From a virus (lineage: Duplodnaviria > Caudoviricetes): DNA of 64,000 bases. How positions within the stretch are numbered: position 1 is the stretch's first letter; each line of letters starts with the position of its first letter. The stretch lies in the IMG/VR virus record IMGVR_UViG_3300008262_000001. One strand, given 5' to 3'. The notes under the pieces are model-generated. The model was not told the origin of the DNA. It saw nothing but the letters and a program-made list of their open reading frames with translations, and did not search any database. Positions 1 through 10,844 of this stretch are shown one piece after another. The position numbers were made by a program, and so were the translations under genes.

Positions 1-1695
1 GTTTAAACCATCATAAAGGTCAGTTACTGTGTCCTGAAAATCACCAGTTTCAAAGATACAGTTTATATCAACCAAAGTCATTGCAATATCATCCTTACCA
101 ATTTGGCTAGTAAAACTTCCTCCCTGGTTCATTCCAAAATTAGCTAATTCGTGTACTGTGTTTTTTTCTGACGGAATTATTTTACTGTTTTTTACATGTA
201 TTTTGAGATCGTAACAGTATTTTTCTTTGTTCTTAGATGTGAGCTTAACTCCTGGCTTTAATCTAGTAGATGCTTCTGAGTGCCTTGTATAAACGAACAT
301 TTCTTCATAAAACTCTTCCGAATCTAAAAGCTTGTCCATTAGAATCTCTCCCTTATAATCAATCTCAATTACGATTCTAGTGTTGTCCACTCCTAGAATT
401 TGTGTTACCAGTATCTCTAAAAACACCTTCAATTCATCTATCTGGATAAGATTTGATCTAAAAATTCCAACCTGTAATAGACAGAAAAAGTCACTTTCGT
501 CCTCATAAAATTTCTTAGATTTTATGATGTTAGATGGCATTGGGGCAACTTTGAAAATGTTTACTACCGAATAGTCACCTCCACCTCCACCTGCAGTATC
601 AATCGAAAGATAAAATTTCTGTCCTTCCTTTTCAAATATGGACGTTGGATCAAATTTGGGATGCCAAATAAGGTTAGAATAATCTACGTGACTATTTTCA
701 AATGGGAATAGATCATGGTGTATAAAATCCTGCTCGTTGATTTTGAGTCTTTTGAGGCTTTGGGAATCAAGGAGAAGTCTAGATGACGATAAGAATTGAC
801 ATCCATACTCTTGATTGAAATCTTCTTCTGATCCTAGTGCAGCTATTTCTCTTTTCTTCCATTCGTCATCTCTTCCAGGTATTTGCCACCATTCTACTCT
901 TATCGGATTAAAATCGTTTTCCTTTTCAATTGCACCTTTATAAATTTCCCAAAATTTATTCATCCCATTCGGTGTGGATGTTATGATTACTCTTGAAATT
1001 TGTGAAGATGAAATAGTTGGGTATACGGATTTGAAGAATTGGTTTATGAAGTTTGGGTTGATGTGTGCAAACTCATCCATGTAGAGCATGTGAATGGTAT
1101 AACCGATGGAAGATGTTTTAGTGGTTGTTTTTGCCATTATTCTGCAACCATTATCAAACTTCATAGTCATTACGTTGTAAACCAATATACCAGGTTTCAA
1201 AAAGAAAGGTAATCCTTTAAGGATAACTTTAATCTTATCCATCAATTCTGCAGCTGTATCACCGATGTTTGCCATTATCATGGCATTTTTCTCAAAATTG
1301 AATAGCAAGTACCATAAGAGGAATATAGAGGATGTTATAGTCTTTCCTGATTGCCTAGGGGAAACGAATACATTTTTTCTGTGATGTTGATATTGATTCA
1401 GAATTTGGATCTGATAATCTCTTAATTCAATTTGCCTGATACCATCATCAGTCATCACTTTACAATAGTTGTTTGCAAAGTACACAACATTAGATGCACA
1501 TTTCTTTATTTCTTCTAATTCCCAGTCTGTGTATTCAAAAAGTACATTGCCCCTTCTTAGCTCTGGTTCGTTTTCATGAAAAGGGTTATCAACCTCTTTA
1601 TAGTCAATTCCATTTTCTTCAGCCTCAAAAAGTAGTTTTTCTATTTTAGCTGTTGACCAAAAATTACCGGATTTATCTTCCTTGTTTTCTGACAT
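1..1695 (-). CDS. terL: Terminase large subunit, T4 gp17-like (runs off window start)
   Basis: Manual translation from ATG at 1695: MSENKEDKSG...; Walker A SPRQSGKT; RNase H-like nuclease motifs SIDTAGGGGGDYS and GKDDIAMT in the same frame. Confidence 0.95.
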   Translation of the reverse strand, partial: MSENKEDKSGNFWSTAKIEKLLFEAEENGIDYKEVDNPFHENEPELRRGNVLFEYTDWELEEIKKCASNVVYFANNYCKVMTDDGIRQIELRDYQIQILNQYQHHRKNVFVSPRQSGKTITSSIFLLWYLLFNFEKNAMIMANIGDTAAELMDKIKVILKGLPFFLKPGILVYNVMTMKFDNGCRIMAKTTTKTSSIGYTIHMLYMDEFAHINPNFINQFFKSVYPTISSSQISRVIITSTPNGMNKFWEIYKGAIEKENDFNPIRVEWWQIPGRDDEWKKREIAALGSEEDFNQEYGCQFLSSSRLLLDSQSLKRLKINEQDFIHHDLFPFENSHVDYSNLIWHPKFDPTSIFEKEGQKFYLSIDTAGGGGGDYSVVNIFKVAPMPSNIIKSKKFYEDESDFFCLLQVGIFRSNLIQIDELKVFLEILVTQILGVDNTRIVIEIDYKGEILMDKLLDSEEFYEEMFVYTRHSEASTRLKPGVKLTSKNKEKYCYDLKIHVKNSKIIPSEKNTVHELANFGMNQGGSFTSQIGKDDIAMTLVDINCIFETGDFQDTVTDLYDGLN

Positions 1696-1703
1696 AAAAA
1701 AAA

Positions 1704-2471
1704 TTAATCAAAGATTTCGTCCTCGATTTCAAAGTCCTCATCGTTATCAGAACCTCCTATGAAATCTGCAGTGCCACCATCTTTTGTTCTTGGATTTATT
1801 AATTCGTCTTCTGGCTCTATTATTTCCGCATCCTTTATTTTGCTTCCACCTTTCATCAAGGTTTGTAAGTTTTCCATCAAGGATTTAGTTCCTCTCACTT
1901 TCAAAGCATCCATATTTTCTGGAGAGTCTATTAAATTACCGTCCTTATCAAATTGGATTTCTGATTGTTTTTTGATGTCCTCAGATTCCTTTCTTAATTC
2001 TTTGTAGTTCTTCTCCATCTGGGACATGTAAGTAGCAAAATTTTTAGGCATCTGCATTATTTGATTTTGCAATTGGGCTAAAACTTCAAAAAGTCTTGGC
2101 TCTATTCTTCCTGAATCAATCTCTTCTATGAGTTTAGAAATAGCGTGTTGAGCAGTTCTGATCTGAAATGCCATAGTGGAAATACTTAAAGCGTCAATCT
2201 TCTGTTTGTGCTTTAAATAGTTGTCTTCTGGAAGACTTTCCATATCATGATAGAACTTAGAAAGGGAATCCAGAATAGCCCTAGCCTCCGATTCAACATC
2301 ATTTTTGATGTTATCAACATCGATAGTTCGTTGAGGTCTCATTGGAGGAATATCTGGAGCGGTTAATCCAGACAACATTTCATCAGCCAAAATGATTCCA
2401 TCAAGCTGTTCTTTAAGGTTAAGCTCTTGCTCTTTAGATAAATTAGGCTTTTTTGGTTTTCTTCTTGGCAT
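1704..2471 (-). CDS. Putative terminase small subunit (gp16-like)
   Basis: Immediately upstream of terL; helical/coiled-coil; PRLFEVLAQLQ resembles the gp16 PRxxEVxAxL motif. Confidence 0.55.
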   Translation of the reverse strand: MPRRKPKKPNLSKEQELNLKEQLDGIILADEMLSGLTAPDIPPMRPQRTIDVDNIKNDVESEARAILDSLSKFYHDMESLPEDNYLKHKQKIDALSISTMAFQIRTAQHAISKLIEEIDSGRIEPRLFEVLAQLQNQIMQMPKNFATYMSQMEKNYKELRKESEDIKKQSEIQFDKDGNLIDSPENMDALKVRGTKSLMENLQTLMKGGSKIKDAEIIEPEDELINPRTKDGGTADFIGGSDNDEDFEIEDEIFD

Positions 2472-2494
2472 TTACTTTTGAGTATTATATCTAA

Positions 2495-4687
2495 TTATCT
2501 ATTTCTAGCGACACGTGGAAGTTTCAGAATTGGTTTAGCATTATCAATTATGATGGCTAATTGTGCATCATCTATGATATTTTGGTTCAGGATAGCAGAT
2601 TGTTTTTCTTCCTCTACCATATATTTAAAGAACCTAAAATTGGTTACCCATAAAGGACAAGATCTAGTCTTATATGCGTAGTTATTTGTTCCGTAAAAAG
2701 GGCTATCAAAATCTGTCTCTATAACTGGTGGTATGTTAAACGTATATGCTTGAGTTGTAACGCCATCCAAAGAATGAATTAGGCTCAAATCAGATGTTTG
2801 TGCTAAAGGATTATCTGGGTTGTAAGTGAGTCTCCAAACCTTTAATGAATATTGTCTGAATACATTAGAAAAATTAAAAACGAATCCATACCAATCATCT
2901 TCAGTTGGAATGAATTGACCTATTGTGCTTTGAATTCCTGCTCCAAAAGGTGAAAGAATTTCTAAATTATTTATTTTCACTCTAAAACTACCAGTTTGCA
3001 AATAGTTGCCGGATTGTGGACTCGATTCAGCATTTGATCCACTCCAAATGAAATCTATGTATAACCCTTGACCATTATAGTAACCATCGAACAATATTCT
3101 AGATTGAGCTCTTTGTGCTTTCCATCCCGAGGTTGACACAGGTGCTGAAGCTCCTGAATCCTTCACTTTGAATCTGAATTGATCTATAATTTCCAAAATC
3201 TCAAAACCTCCTGATCTTATACCATCAGCCAGGATAGAAACGAATCCATTAGGATTGGGTCTAACATGAAATCCGTGAGGTATAGGATAAGTTGTATATG
3301 TTATCTCGCCAGATCCAATATTATCAATATTAATAGGGTATTTAGGAGATGGTCTGAAAACTAATTTACTCTTATCAATGTAGTTTCTTGATCTAAACCA
3401 GCAAAGAAAACTCCTCTCCTCATTAGCAGTTAAAATTGGATCTGCCTTCCATCTAACAGCATCTCTTTCTTCGTCAGTCCAACCAGATGCAGGAGAAACT
3501 GGATCTATTGTGTTAGGATCATCGATAAAAATAGAATTTAGATCATAATAAGTATTGAAAACTATTGTCCAGTTGTTATTTAAATCGTATTCTATAATTG
3601 GGAGGTTCTTATTAATATAAGATCTTATTGGATCGTCTAATCTCCTTTGTGAAGTTACTGCATATTGTTGTGGTTTAGTAATTTCAGTTTCTTGATCTTG
3701 GATATCAGTTCCAAAAAGTTCTTGTGTGTTTACAGTGTAATCATGTAAGCCAGATTCTGCTGTGGGATCCAAGAATGTTGTGTTTTTTTGGATTTCGTAC
3801 TTAACCAGTTGAACTTTGAAATATACCGGATAGTTATTTATATCTCTAAAAACGTACATAGAATCTATCCTATAAATTCTATTTGTTCGTGGGAAATAAA
3901 TTATATCTCTTTTCCTTGGCTGAGATCCTTTTCCGAATATTCCTTCGAAATATTTTCTATCTATATGGATTTCAAAAGGTTGTTGGAAGTTTAATCCCCA
4001 CGTTTCAAAATTGATAGCAGCATCAGGAAATTGGTTATTAGGAACCATAACCTTAACACACTTCTCATCAACAACATCATATAGCGTATACTCTTTGAGA
4101 ACAACATCTTTGCCTCTTCCCTGTGGTTGAACAGAATAATAAACCACTTCGTGACCGAAAACATTATTTACAACCTTACTTAAATCTTGATATAGATTGA
4201 TCGCTCGATTTATATCATATGGTCTAAAAGTGAAATCACAATCTGAAAAAACAATTGGATAATTAGTTAGCTCTTTTCCACAAAGCGGAGTAGGCGTTAC
4301 CATTAAATCTCTAGGATCTACAGTAGCATAAGTTAAGTCCAATTCAAAATCATTTAATATTATTGCAGGACTTAAAGTTGTTCCTGGAGGATAATAAGGA
4401 CTCGCATTTTCATCTGAAGAAGCTGTCATTCTAACTTCTAGATAAAAGGGAACAGCAGGAGATATTGGCAATGCTTGAACAGCAGCCTCGGTTAGTTCAC
4501 TCCAAAGAGACCAATTTGATCCATTTATACTCCATCTAAATTCTAAAAACAGAAAAATGCTTGGGGGATTTTCTCCGCTTGTATCAATGATCCACCCATT
4601 AAAAGATTGTACATTTTTAAAGGGATCTGACCAAGAAATTATTCTATAATTTCCAATAGCGGTAAATTCTATTACTACCTCTGGCAT
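2495..4687 (-). CDS. Neck protein gp14-like core with N- and C-terminal extensions (start re-assigned to Met43 of the track ORF)
   Basis: FGHEVVYY...FEIHIDRKYF...PRKRDIIYFP...YFKVQLVKYE resembles the gp14 core; GATATATA at 4708-4715 upstream of ATG 4687. Confidence 0.65.
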   Translation of the reverse strand: MPEVVIEFTAIGNYRIISWSDPFKNVQSFNGWIIDTSGENPPSIFLFLEFRWSINGSNWSLWSELTEAAVQALPISPAVPFYLEVRMTASSDENASPYYPPGTTLSPAIILNDFELDLTYATVDPRDLMVTPTPLCGKELTNYPIVFSDCDFTFRPYDINRAINLYQDLSKVVNNVFGHEVVYYSVQPQGRGKDVVLKEYTLYDVVDEKCVKVMVPNNQFPDAAINFETWGLNFQQPFEIHIDRKYFEGIFGKGSQPRKRDIIYFPRTNRIYRIDSMYVFRDINNYPVYFKVQLVKYEIQKNTTFLDPTAESGLHDYTVNTQELFGTDIQDQETEITKPQQYAVTSQRRLDDPIRSYINKNLPIIEYDLNNNWTIVFNTYYDLNSIFIDDPNTIDPVSPASGWTDEERDAVRWKADPILTANEERSFLCWFRSRNYIDKSKLVFRPSPKYPINIDNIGSGEITYTTYPIPHGFHVRPNPNGFVSILADGIRSGGFEILEIIDQFRFKVKDSGASAPVSTSGWKAQRAQSRILFDGYYNGQGLYIDFIWSGSNAESSPQSGNYLQTGSFRVKINNLEILSPFGAGIQSTIGQFIPTEDDWYGFVFNFSNVFRQYSLKVWRLTYNPDNPLAQTSDLSLIHSLDGVTTQAYTFNIPPVIETDFDSPFYGTNNYAYKTRSCPLWVTNFRFFKYMVEEEKQSAILNQNIIDDAQLAIIIDNAKPILKLPRVARNR

Positions 4688-4727
4688 TTTTGTCTTTTCA
4701 TTTGTAATATATATCGGTAAAAGAGTT

Positions 4728-5051
4728 ATGAGAAAATTAAGAGCTGCAATGGAGAAATTTAGTTTCTCACAATTAACTTCAAATTCGGACGGAAAAACCT
4801 CAGGAAGTGGCACCGCTGGTCTTTACATTGTATTTATAGGAGGATTTTGTTTTTTCTTAGGATGTATCGATAAAATGTTCATTAATCAAAATGTCGACAT
4901 TTTAGTACAATCAATAATTTTTGTGAGTATAGGAACTGCTTTACTTGGGTACAGGAAATCAAAAGACACACAAGTTATAGAATCTGATAATAAAACGGTC
5001 AGCACTGCGGAAGAAGCTGAAGTGAAAGAGGATCAGCAGTTAAATTCTTAA
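4728..5051 (+). CDS. Small two-TM membrane protein, holin-like candidate
   Basis: Two hydrophobic segments, charged C-tail, late-type AATATATA upstream. Confidence 0.4.
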   Translation: MRKLRAAMEKFSFSQLTSNSDGKTSGSGTAGLYIVFIGGFCFFLGCIDKMFINQNVDILVQSIIFVSIGTALLGYRKSKDTQVIESDNKTVSTAEEAEVKEDQQLNS

Positions 5052-5866
5052 GGATTAGCACCGGTAGATCCTGTAATATCCCTTCTAATGTCGTAAACTC
5101 CAAGCCCTTCTATAATTGTGCTATTATCTTCAGGTGCCTTTCCTAATTCAACATTTAGTTTGATTCCACCTTGCATCAAATTACCTCTGAATCTCTCAGT
5201 AGTAAGGTCTAACTGTGGAAGATATGTTTCTAGATCCATCGAGAAAGAAAGTGTTATAGCTTCACCTCTTTGTGATCCGTATCCCATTTGGAAATTATTA
5301 GGTTGCTTATCTGGAGGAGAATCCTGTAATGAAACTTGAACTGGTATTCTAAACCCCTTGTAATTGAAGTAGTAAACGAATCTCTTGTACAATATTTCAA
5401 GAACACTTTGCTGTATTTTAAAAGCATCTAAAGTTGTATCTGCTTTGATTTTAGCATTAACTTGTATTGCTAAAGGAATAGGATTCATGTAGGATGAATA
5501 AGTCACCATTTCACTTCCTGATTCTTTTGGTACTTCTTTTACGTACGAGCCACGGACAAATTTTGTAGTCGATGCAGATGTATCTAATCTGATTGTACCA
5601 AGCTCTAATATTCCTCTTGGAACGACATCATAATTTCCCTCAGCAAAAGCAGGATTTCCATCGCAGTCTTCATAAGAAAGATAAAAATCTTGTAGAAATG
5701 GTTCGTCGCCTACCATAGAATAGAAAAATGGAATGAAGATAGTTCTTTTAACTTGATCTGATCCAGTTTGAGTATAGGTTATAACCTCATTCATCTTACT
5801 TAGAAGCCCTAAAATAACACCTCTAAAGAAAACATCGTCTGTGTTGTATTTTTCTAAAAAATCCAT
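5048..5866 (-). CDS. Tail terminator / sheath stabiliser, T4 gp15-like
   Basis: Size 272 aa; IPFFYSM, VPRGIL, PIPLAIQV...FKIQQSVLEILY pattern; structural gene neighbourhood. Confidence 0.55.
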   Translation of the reverse strand: MDFLEKYNTDDVFFRGVILGLLSKMNEVITYTQTGSDQVKRTIFIPFFYSMVGDEPFLQDFYLSYEDCDGNPAFAEGNYDVVPRGILELGTIRLDTSASTTKFVRGSYVKEVPKESGSEMVTYSSYMNPIPLAIQVNAKIKADTTLDAFKIQQSVLEILYKRFVYYFNYKGFRIPVQVSLQDSPPDKQPNNFQMGYGSQRGEAITLSFSMDLETYLPQLDLTTERFRGNLMQGGIKLNVELGKAPEDNSTIIEGLGVYDIRRDITGSTGANP

Positions 5867-5867
5867 A

Positions 5868-6281
5868 TTAGTTAATTACTGAGGTATTATTAGTTATTAT
5901 TGGAACACTGCCATATTGGTAAGGATCCTTTTCTAAATCAATAACCCCGATTTTTGATTGGAAGTAAATCGGAATTTCTCTTAAATTAATTTGTAATGGC
6001 TGCTTATTTTGATTGATATAATCGGGATGATCAAATACACCTGTTGCATATTCTACATCAGTCATTTGATTACATTGGATAAGTTGAACTGGGGAAAAAT
6101 ACTTTCTCAATGAATTTATTCCTTTTTTTGCAGCAATTGAAACCTTAAACCTATAAACGAAATATTCTTTTTGTGGAATATCATCAACTAAAGAATCGGG
6201 TTTTACCACAAGAAAGTAATAAAACCTTGGTTCTAAATTTCTAATTGTGTTAGTACCCGCAGGATAAATGATATTGGCCAT
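5868..6281 (-). CDS. Hypothetical late protein
   Basis: 137-aa ORF with GATATATA at 6287-6294. Confidence 0.65.
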   Translation of the reverse strand: MANIIYPAGTNTIRNLEPRFYYFLVVKPDSLVDDIPQKEYFVYRFKVSIAAKKGINSLRKYFSPVQLIQCNQMTDVEYATGVFDHPDYINQNKQPLQINLREIPIYFQSKIGVIDLEKDPYQYGSVPIITNNTSVIN

Positions 6282-6304
6282 CGATCTATATATCGATGTA
6301 GACT

Positions 6305-7972
6305 TTAGCCTATCTTTTCAAAAACAAGATCTGAGAAATTGTTCTTTTTTGAAATCTCTATCTTGTAATCGAAAATTTCTGTAGGCATTGGTGCGTGATT
6401 AATTACGAAGATGTTCATGTGTAAATCGTCGCAAAGTTTTCTCAAAGTAGTTAGAATCGTATGTACCCCATCAGGATCGACAGAACTGAAAATCTCATCA
6501 AGAAATAGAATGTTAACAGAAGAAAATCTTATTTTCATTAACTTGATTATAGCAACTAAGACCGCAAAATCAACTTTTTTCATTTCTCCTGTAGAAAGAG
6601 TTTGACAAGATATCTCCTCACCTAAGTGGAATATTTGAGCATTGAACTCCTCATTGAAAACCACCTTGTATGGTAAATGTAAAGAGAGAAGAGTGGAAAG
6701 AATTTCATTGTTAAGTGATGGTAAAATAGACTTAATTGCCAGTTGCTTTACACCTTTTTCACTTAAGATTTCATCAAGGGTTTTAATCCAATTTTGTCTC
6801 TCTTCCCAAGTAGACTTTTCCTTATTGAAAGTGCCAAGCTCTTCTTGTGCAGTGTTCAACAACTTCTTAATAGAATTTACCTGATCATTATTTTTTGCAG
6901 TTTTAAGATCCCTTAATTTTTCTTTCAAAGATTTGATAGCTAATTCTATTTTCCCTCCCTTCTTAAAAAGATCATTTTTGGTATCTTGTAAATCCGATTG
7001 CAATTTCTTAGCATCATTGTAATTTTGCTTCAAAGCTTGCAAACCATCAGACAAATCCTGTCTTTGTGATGAAAGAAGGTCAAAATGAGATTTATGAAAA
7101 TCACTTGAAAGATCTGATAAGCAGGTTGGACACTTGTCGTTGTTGTACAAGTTCATTTTTGAATCTAATTCTTTGATTTTACTCATAGAATCAGTCAAAG
7201 TCTCGTATGCTTTGGAAACAGTTCTACTTATGTCATTTTCTTGTGTTTTGAAAGACTTAAGCTTTTCTGTGTGAATTTTAAGCAGATCTGTGTAATCATC
7301 AAGCTGTTCCTGAGTTTTGTCAATTTCACCTCCTGCATTTTCTACTAATCTTTTCTGAAGATCTTCAAGTTCTTTTTGAGAGTTGAAGATGGATTTTCCT
7401 GTTGCTTGGATTTCACCAGAAAGTCTATCAATAGATGACTTTATATTCTTTGTTTCTTCTTTCAAAATGTCACGCATTTCATTTAAAATATAGAAACCAA
7501 AAATCTTATCTATTATGAGCTTTTTATCTGCGCTGCTCATCTTTAAAAAGCTTTTGAAGTCGTTAATAGACAGGGATATTGTATTATTGAAAACGTAATA
7601 TGGTATTTTCAATATGTCATCAGAAAGAAAGTCCTGTACATTTTTCTGACCTGCCCTGTCATAAACTTCACCTTGAATCGATAATTGAAATAGTGATGGA
7701 TCAAGACCTCTTTCAACCTCGTAGAATTTACCATCCTCCTCGAATGATATTTTCATCCAGGCATTGCCGTTGGATCTATTAGGAATGTCTTTTAGTTTTT
7801 TTCCTTCGAGTTTTCCATACAGACCAAAAGTTATGACATCAGAAATTGTCGATTTTCCCACACCATTTTCTCCAAAAACTTGTATCAGACCAGTTTTTTC
7901 TGGAAATTCAAGTTTTTGAATTTTATTCCCGTAAGAAGCAACGTTTTTCCACTCAATCTTCTTGATCTTCAT
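6305..7972 (-). CDS. gp46: Recombination endonuclease ATPase subunit (gp46/SbcC/Rad50-like)
   Basis: Walker A GENGVGKST, coiled coil with CPTC zinc hook, signature LSTGE, Walker B ILFLDE. Confidence 0.93.
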   Translation of the reverse strand: MKIKKIEWKNVASYGNKIQKLEFPEKTGLIQVFGENGVGKSTISDVITFGLYGKLEGKKLKDIPNRSNGNAWMKISFEEDGKFYEVERGLDPSLFQLSIQGEVYDRAGQKNVQDFLSDDILKIPYYVFNNTISLSINDFKSFLKMSSADKKLIIDKIFGFYILNEMRDILKEETKNIKSSIDRLSGEIQATGKSIFNSQKELEDLQKRLVENAGGEIDKTQEQLDDYTDLLKIHTEKLKSFKTQENDISRTVSKAYETLTDSMSKIKELDSKMNLYNNDKCPTCLSDLSSDFHKSHFDLLSSQRQDLSDGLQALKQNYNDAKKLQSDLQDTKNDLFKKGGKIELAIKSLKEKLRDLKTAKNNDQVNSIKKLLNTAQEELGTFNKEKSTWEERQNWIKTLDEILSEKGVKQLAIKSILPSLNNEILSTLLSLHLPYKVVFNEEFNAQIFHLGEEISCQTLSTGEMKKVDFAVLVAIIKLMKIRFSSVNILFLDEIFSSVDPDGVHTILTTLRKLCDDLHMNIFVINHAPMPTEIFDYKIEISKKNNFSDLVFEKIG

Positions 7973-9062
7973 CTATTTCATTTTTTACTGCAACTTTCTG
8001 TAGCAATTTTTCTATAGCGTTGTATATTTTACTACTTTTTTCGTCCTCGTAATTACATTTTTCCAGATATAGCTTTGTTAATTCCAAAATGGAAAAATTC
8101 TTTCCTTCCAAATCATGAAATCCTTCATCGACAATATTTTGGTCTGGAGATGTTATGGGAGTGAATGATATTTTCAAAGGCGAATCGATATAATCAGTTA
8201 ATAGTCCAAGAGGGGCTTTAACTGCAATCTCTGGATCTACTAAAATATCGATGAAATTGTTTCTGAAAATAGGACTTAACTCTGCAGGTGTAGAGTTTAA
8301 GACTTTCTCAAAAGTGAGCCTTACGAATCTTGGTGAATAATCGTTATCGTAGTATTCTTCCGAACCAGTTTCTAAATCTAAAACTGTAATTCCTTTAGGG
8401 TTGTCCGTATCGGATCTGGTCAATTGATACGGAGATCCAAGCATTCGCATTTTTCCAAAATTCTGAGAATAGTGGATGTGACCTGAATAAACTCTTTCAA
8501 ATTTATTCATGTCATCATAATTCAATCCCTCCTCAATTCTAACAAATTTGTTAAACATCAGGCCTTTTAGATCTGTGTGGCAAAACATGTAATCATGCTC
8601 ATCAACAGATGACAGAACTTCTCTTTCTGCTTCATGGTCCTTTCTCCAAGGCATTAGAAAAATCTTCTTTGGTCCGAACTGAATTGTTTCTGGCTCCTCG
8701 AAAATTTTTACTCTTGGTATCCATTTGAGAGATTTCAACGAATTAACTTCATTAGTACTGCGTCCAAATATATCATGATTACCACAAATGATGAATATTC
8801 CATCCTTGAAAATGTCAGATAGCTGTTCGAATATTTCTATTCCAAGATTTAGAACTTTCAAATTAAGAGATTGTCTGGAATCATATACATCACCAAGATG
8901 TACTAAACAATCGCCGGGTCTATAAATCTTCTTACATAAAGGAATAAACCAATTCTTGAAATAGTCTTCATGAATCTGAATCCAGTCATTAGAATTATTC
9001 CTAACTCCTAAATGAGTGTCAGTAATGAATATAACTCTTTTAATATTTGGAAAATTCAGCAT
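7953..9062 (-). CDS. gp47: Recombination endonuclease nuclease subunit (gp47/SbcD/Mre11-like)
   Basis: DTHLG, GDVYD, GNHD, GHIH metallophosphoesterase motifs; adjacent to gp46. Confidence 0.93.
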   Translation of the reverse strand: MLNFPNIKRVIFITDTHLGVRNNSNDWIQIHEDYFKNWFIPLCKKIYRPGDCLVHLGDVYDSRQSLNLKVLNLGIEIFEQLSDIFKDGIFIICGNHDIFGRSTNEVNSLKSLKWIPRVKIFEEPETIQFGPKKIFLMPWRKDHEAEREVLSSVDEHDYMFCHTDLKGLMFNKFVRIEEGLNYDDMNKFERVYSGHIHYSQNFGKMRMLGSPYQLTRSDTDNPKGITVLDLETGSEEYYDNDYSPRFVRLTFEKVLNSTPAELSPIFRNNFIDILVDPEIAVKAPLGLLTDYIDSPLKISFTPITSPDQNIVDEGFHDLEGKNFSILELTKLYLEKCNYEDEKSSKIYNAIEKLLQKVAVKNEIDEDQED

Positions 9063-9544
9063 TAAAATATCTTTTTGATTCCCTTTTTACCTAATATACC
9101 ATACTTCGCATCCATTTCTTGTACAATTTGCTCCTTGTACTTCATATGGATAGATTCATATGCTTTCTGATAATTGATAGCAGTGTAATCACAAATGGCT
9201 ACAAATTTTTCTACCATTGAAAATTCAGTCCCTTCTAAATCTTGTAGTATATCTTGAAATATAAGCGGAATGAGATCCTTTGGTATCTTTTTACTTGGGT
9301 TGATTACTGTCCATCTTGATTTTTGAAATATCTCGTCGATTTTACCGTTTAATTTGTTGTTGTGCAAATATTCTTCATCATCATATGTAACAACAGACTG
9401 TAAGCTTCGGTAATCTGTACTCGGATCTGGATCAAATTCTCCTAAAGATGAATCTGATGTTTCTTCAGTCTCTTTACCTGTTCCATTTATGTCCTCGAAC
9501 TCATTTTCTTCATCTTGAATTAGTTTTTTTTGTTTTGTCATCAA
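9062..9544 (-). CDS. Hypothetical protein, acidic N-terminus
   Basis: 160-aa ORF overlapping both neighbours in the operon. Confidence 0.7.
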   Translation of the reverse strand: MMTKQKKLIQDEENEFEDINGTGKETEETSDSSLGEFDPDPSTDYRSLQSVVTYDDEEYLHNNKLNGKIDEIFQKSRWTVINPSKKIPKDLIPLIFQDILQDLEGTEFSMVEKFVAICDYTAINYQKAYESIHMKYKEQIVQEMDAKYGILGKKGIKKIF

Positions 9545-10842
9545 TCATTCATTATTTGGGAATTTGGGTCTTCGGAAATTCTCATAAAAGAATAGTCTAC
9601 CAAAAATTTCTTATAAGAGTTTTTATATCCCTCGTCCCTATTGGCTAATAGCTTCAATTTATATTCTCCGTTACTGTACATTAAAGGATCTTGAATTATA
9701 CCAAACATACCATCCACAGTAGCAACAAGACCAGAAGATTCAGAAGCTGAGTTCATGCTTAAATCTGTAGCATCGAATTCGCTTTGCTTGGTTTGTGTTG
9801 CCGTAACAATAGCCCAATGGTTTCTTTGTGCAGCTGCCCTTAAATCTTCAGCAATCTGCTTGATCTTCATGTAAGTATTTTCGGAGTTTGGATTTCTCCA
9901 GTTTTTCATAATATTGATGTAGTCAATAATTACGATCTTGAACTTAATACCTTGTATTTGTTCAACTTTGTTCAACCAATTTTCAACATCAATTGCTGAA
10001 GCTTGTGATGTTGGAAACTCCTTAACTACAAGTTCACCTGGGCTTTTCAGATTTTCAAAACCAAGATTTGTTATCTTCTTTTTGATCAAGGAATCGTTCT
10101 CTGCACTTTCCTTGTATTCTGACATTTTAATACCTAGGAGGTTAGCTCCTAATCTTTTCATGTACTTCCTGTCATTAAGCTCTAGAGTGATAATTGCAAC
10201 ATTATTAGATGCTCTAATTGCTTGTGTTGCTATGTTTCCAAGCCATAAAGTTTTACCAACTTTTGGTTGTCCTAACAAGACATAAAGGCCTTTTGCAGAA
10301 AATCCACCGCCTAAACAAAAATCTATATAGTCATAACCACTTGAGAAAGTTAAGTTACTTGGCTGTTTATGTGATTCTGGATCTTTAAAGTTAAGACCCA
10401 TATCAAATGAAAAGTCGACTTTGTTTCTGTCGACTACTATTGATTTGTAAGTGTTAATTACATCTTTAATATTATCAGGGCTTACTTCAGTGCTCCTAAT
10501 ATAATTAATTGAGTCAACTGCACTCTTTTCCAGAGTTTTCCATTCTATCCAAGATTCAACATTTTGCTGGAGCCACTCTTTGTCGTAATCTTCAAGGTTT
10601 ATGCTCCACATAGAATCAAGCAAAGAATCCTGGAGTTTGTCATCAATTTTTAAAAGTTTTGCAGCTTCTCTGACTTGAATTTTACTTGGGATCTGTTGGT
10701 ATTTTTTCCAGAAAGATTTTACTACTTTAAATGCTTCCTGATAATCAGTATTTTTAAAAAAACTAATATCAGTAGCATCAATATAAGCTGGGTTTTGTAT
10801 TACCGATCTAAACCAAATATTTTCTAAGTGTTGATTCTGCAT
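9541..10842 (-). CDS. gp41: Replicative DnaB-like helicase (gp41)
   Basis: GQPKVGKT Walker A, ITLEL, IVIIDYINIM, TATQ, SESSGL motifs. Confidence 0.92.
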   Translation of the reverse strand: MQNQHLENIWFRSVIQNPAYIDATDISFFKNTDYQEAFKVVKSFWKKYQQIPSKIQVREAAKLLKIDDKLQDSLLDSMWSINLEDYDKEWLQQNVESWIEWKTLEKSAVDSINYIRSTEVSPDNIKDVINTYKSIVVDRNKVDFSFDMGLNFKDPESHKQPSNLTFSSGYDYIDFCLGGGFSAKGLYVLLGQPKVGKTLWLGNIATQAIRASNNVAIITLELNDRKYMKRLGANLLGIKMSEYKESAENDSLIKKKITNLGFENLKSPGELVVKEFPTSQASAIDVENWLNKVEQIQGIKFKIVIIDYINIMKNWRNPNSENTYMKIKQIAEDLRAAAQRNHWAIVTATQTKQSEFDATDLSMNSASESSGLVATVDGMFGIIQDPLMYSNGEYKLKLLANRDEGYKNSYKKFLVDYSFMRISEDPNSQIMND

Positions 10843-10844
10843 TT

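Noticed and set aside
4688-4813. Extended N-termini in the ORF track (also 23325-23396, 30518-30553, 48752-48796, 51230-51304, 62135-62212)
   Set aside because: They overlap promoters or opposite-strand genes; downstream ATGs fit motifs and promoter spacing better
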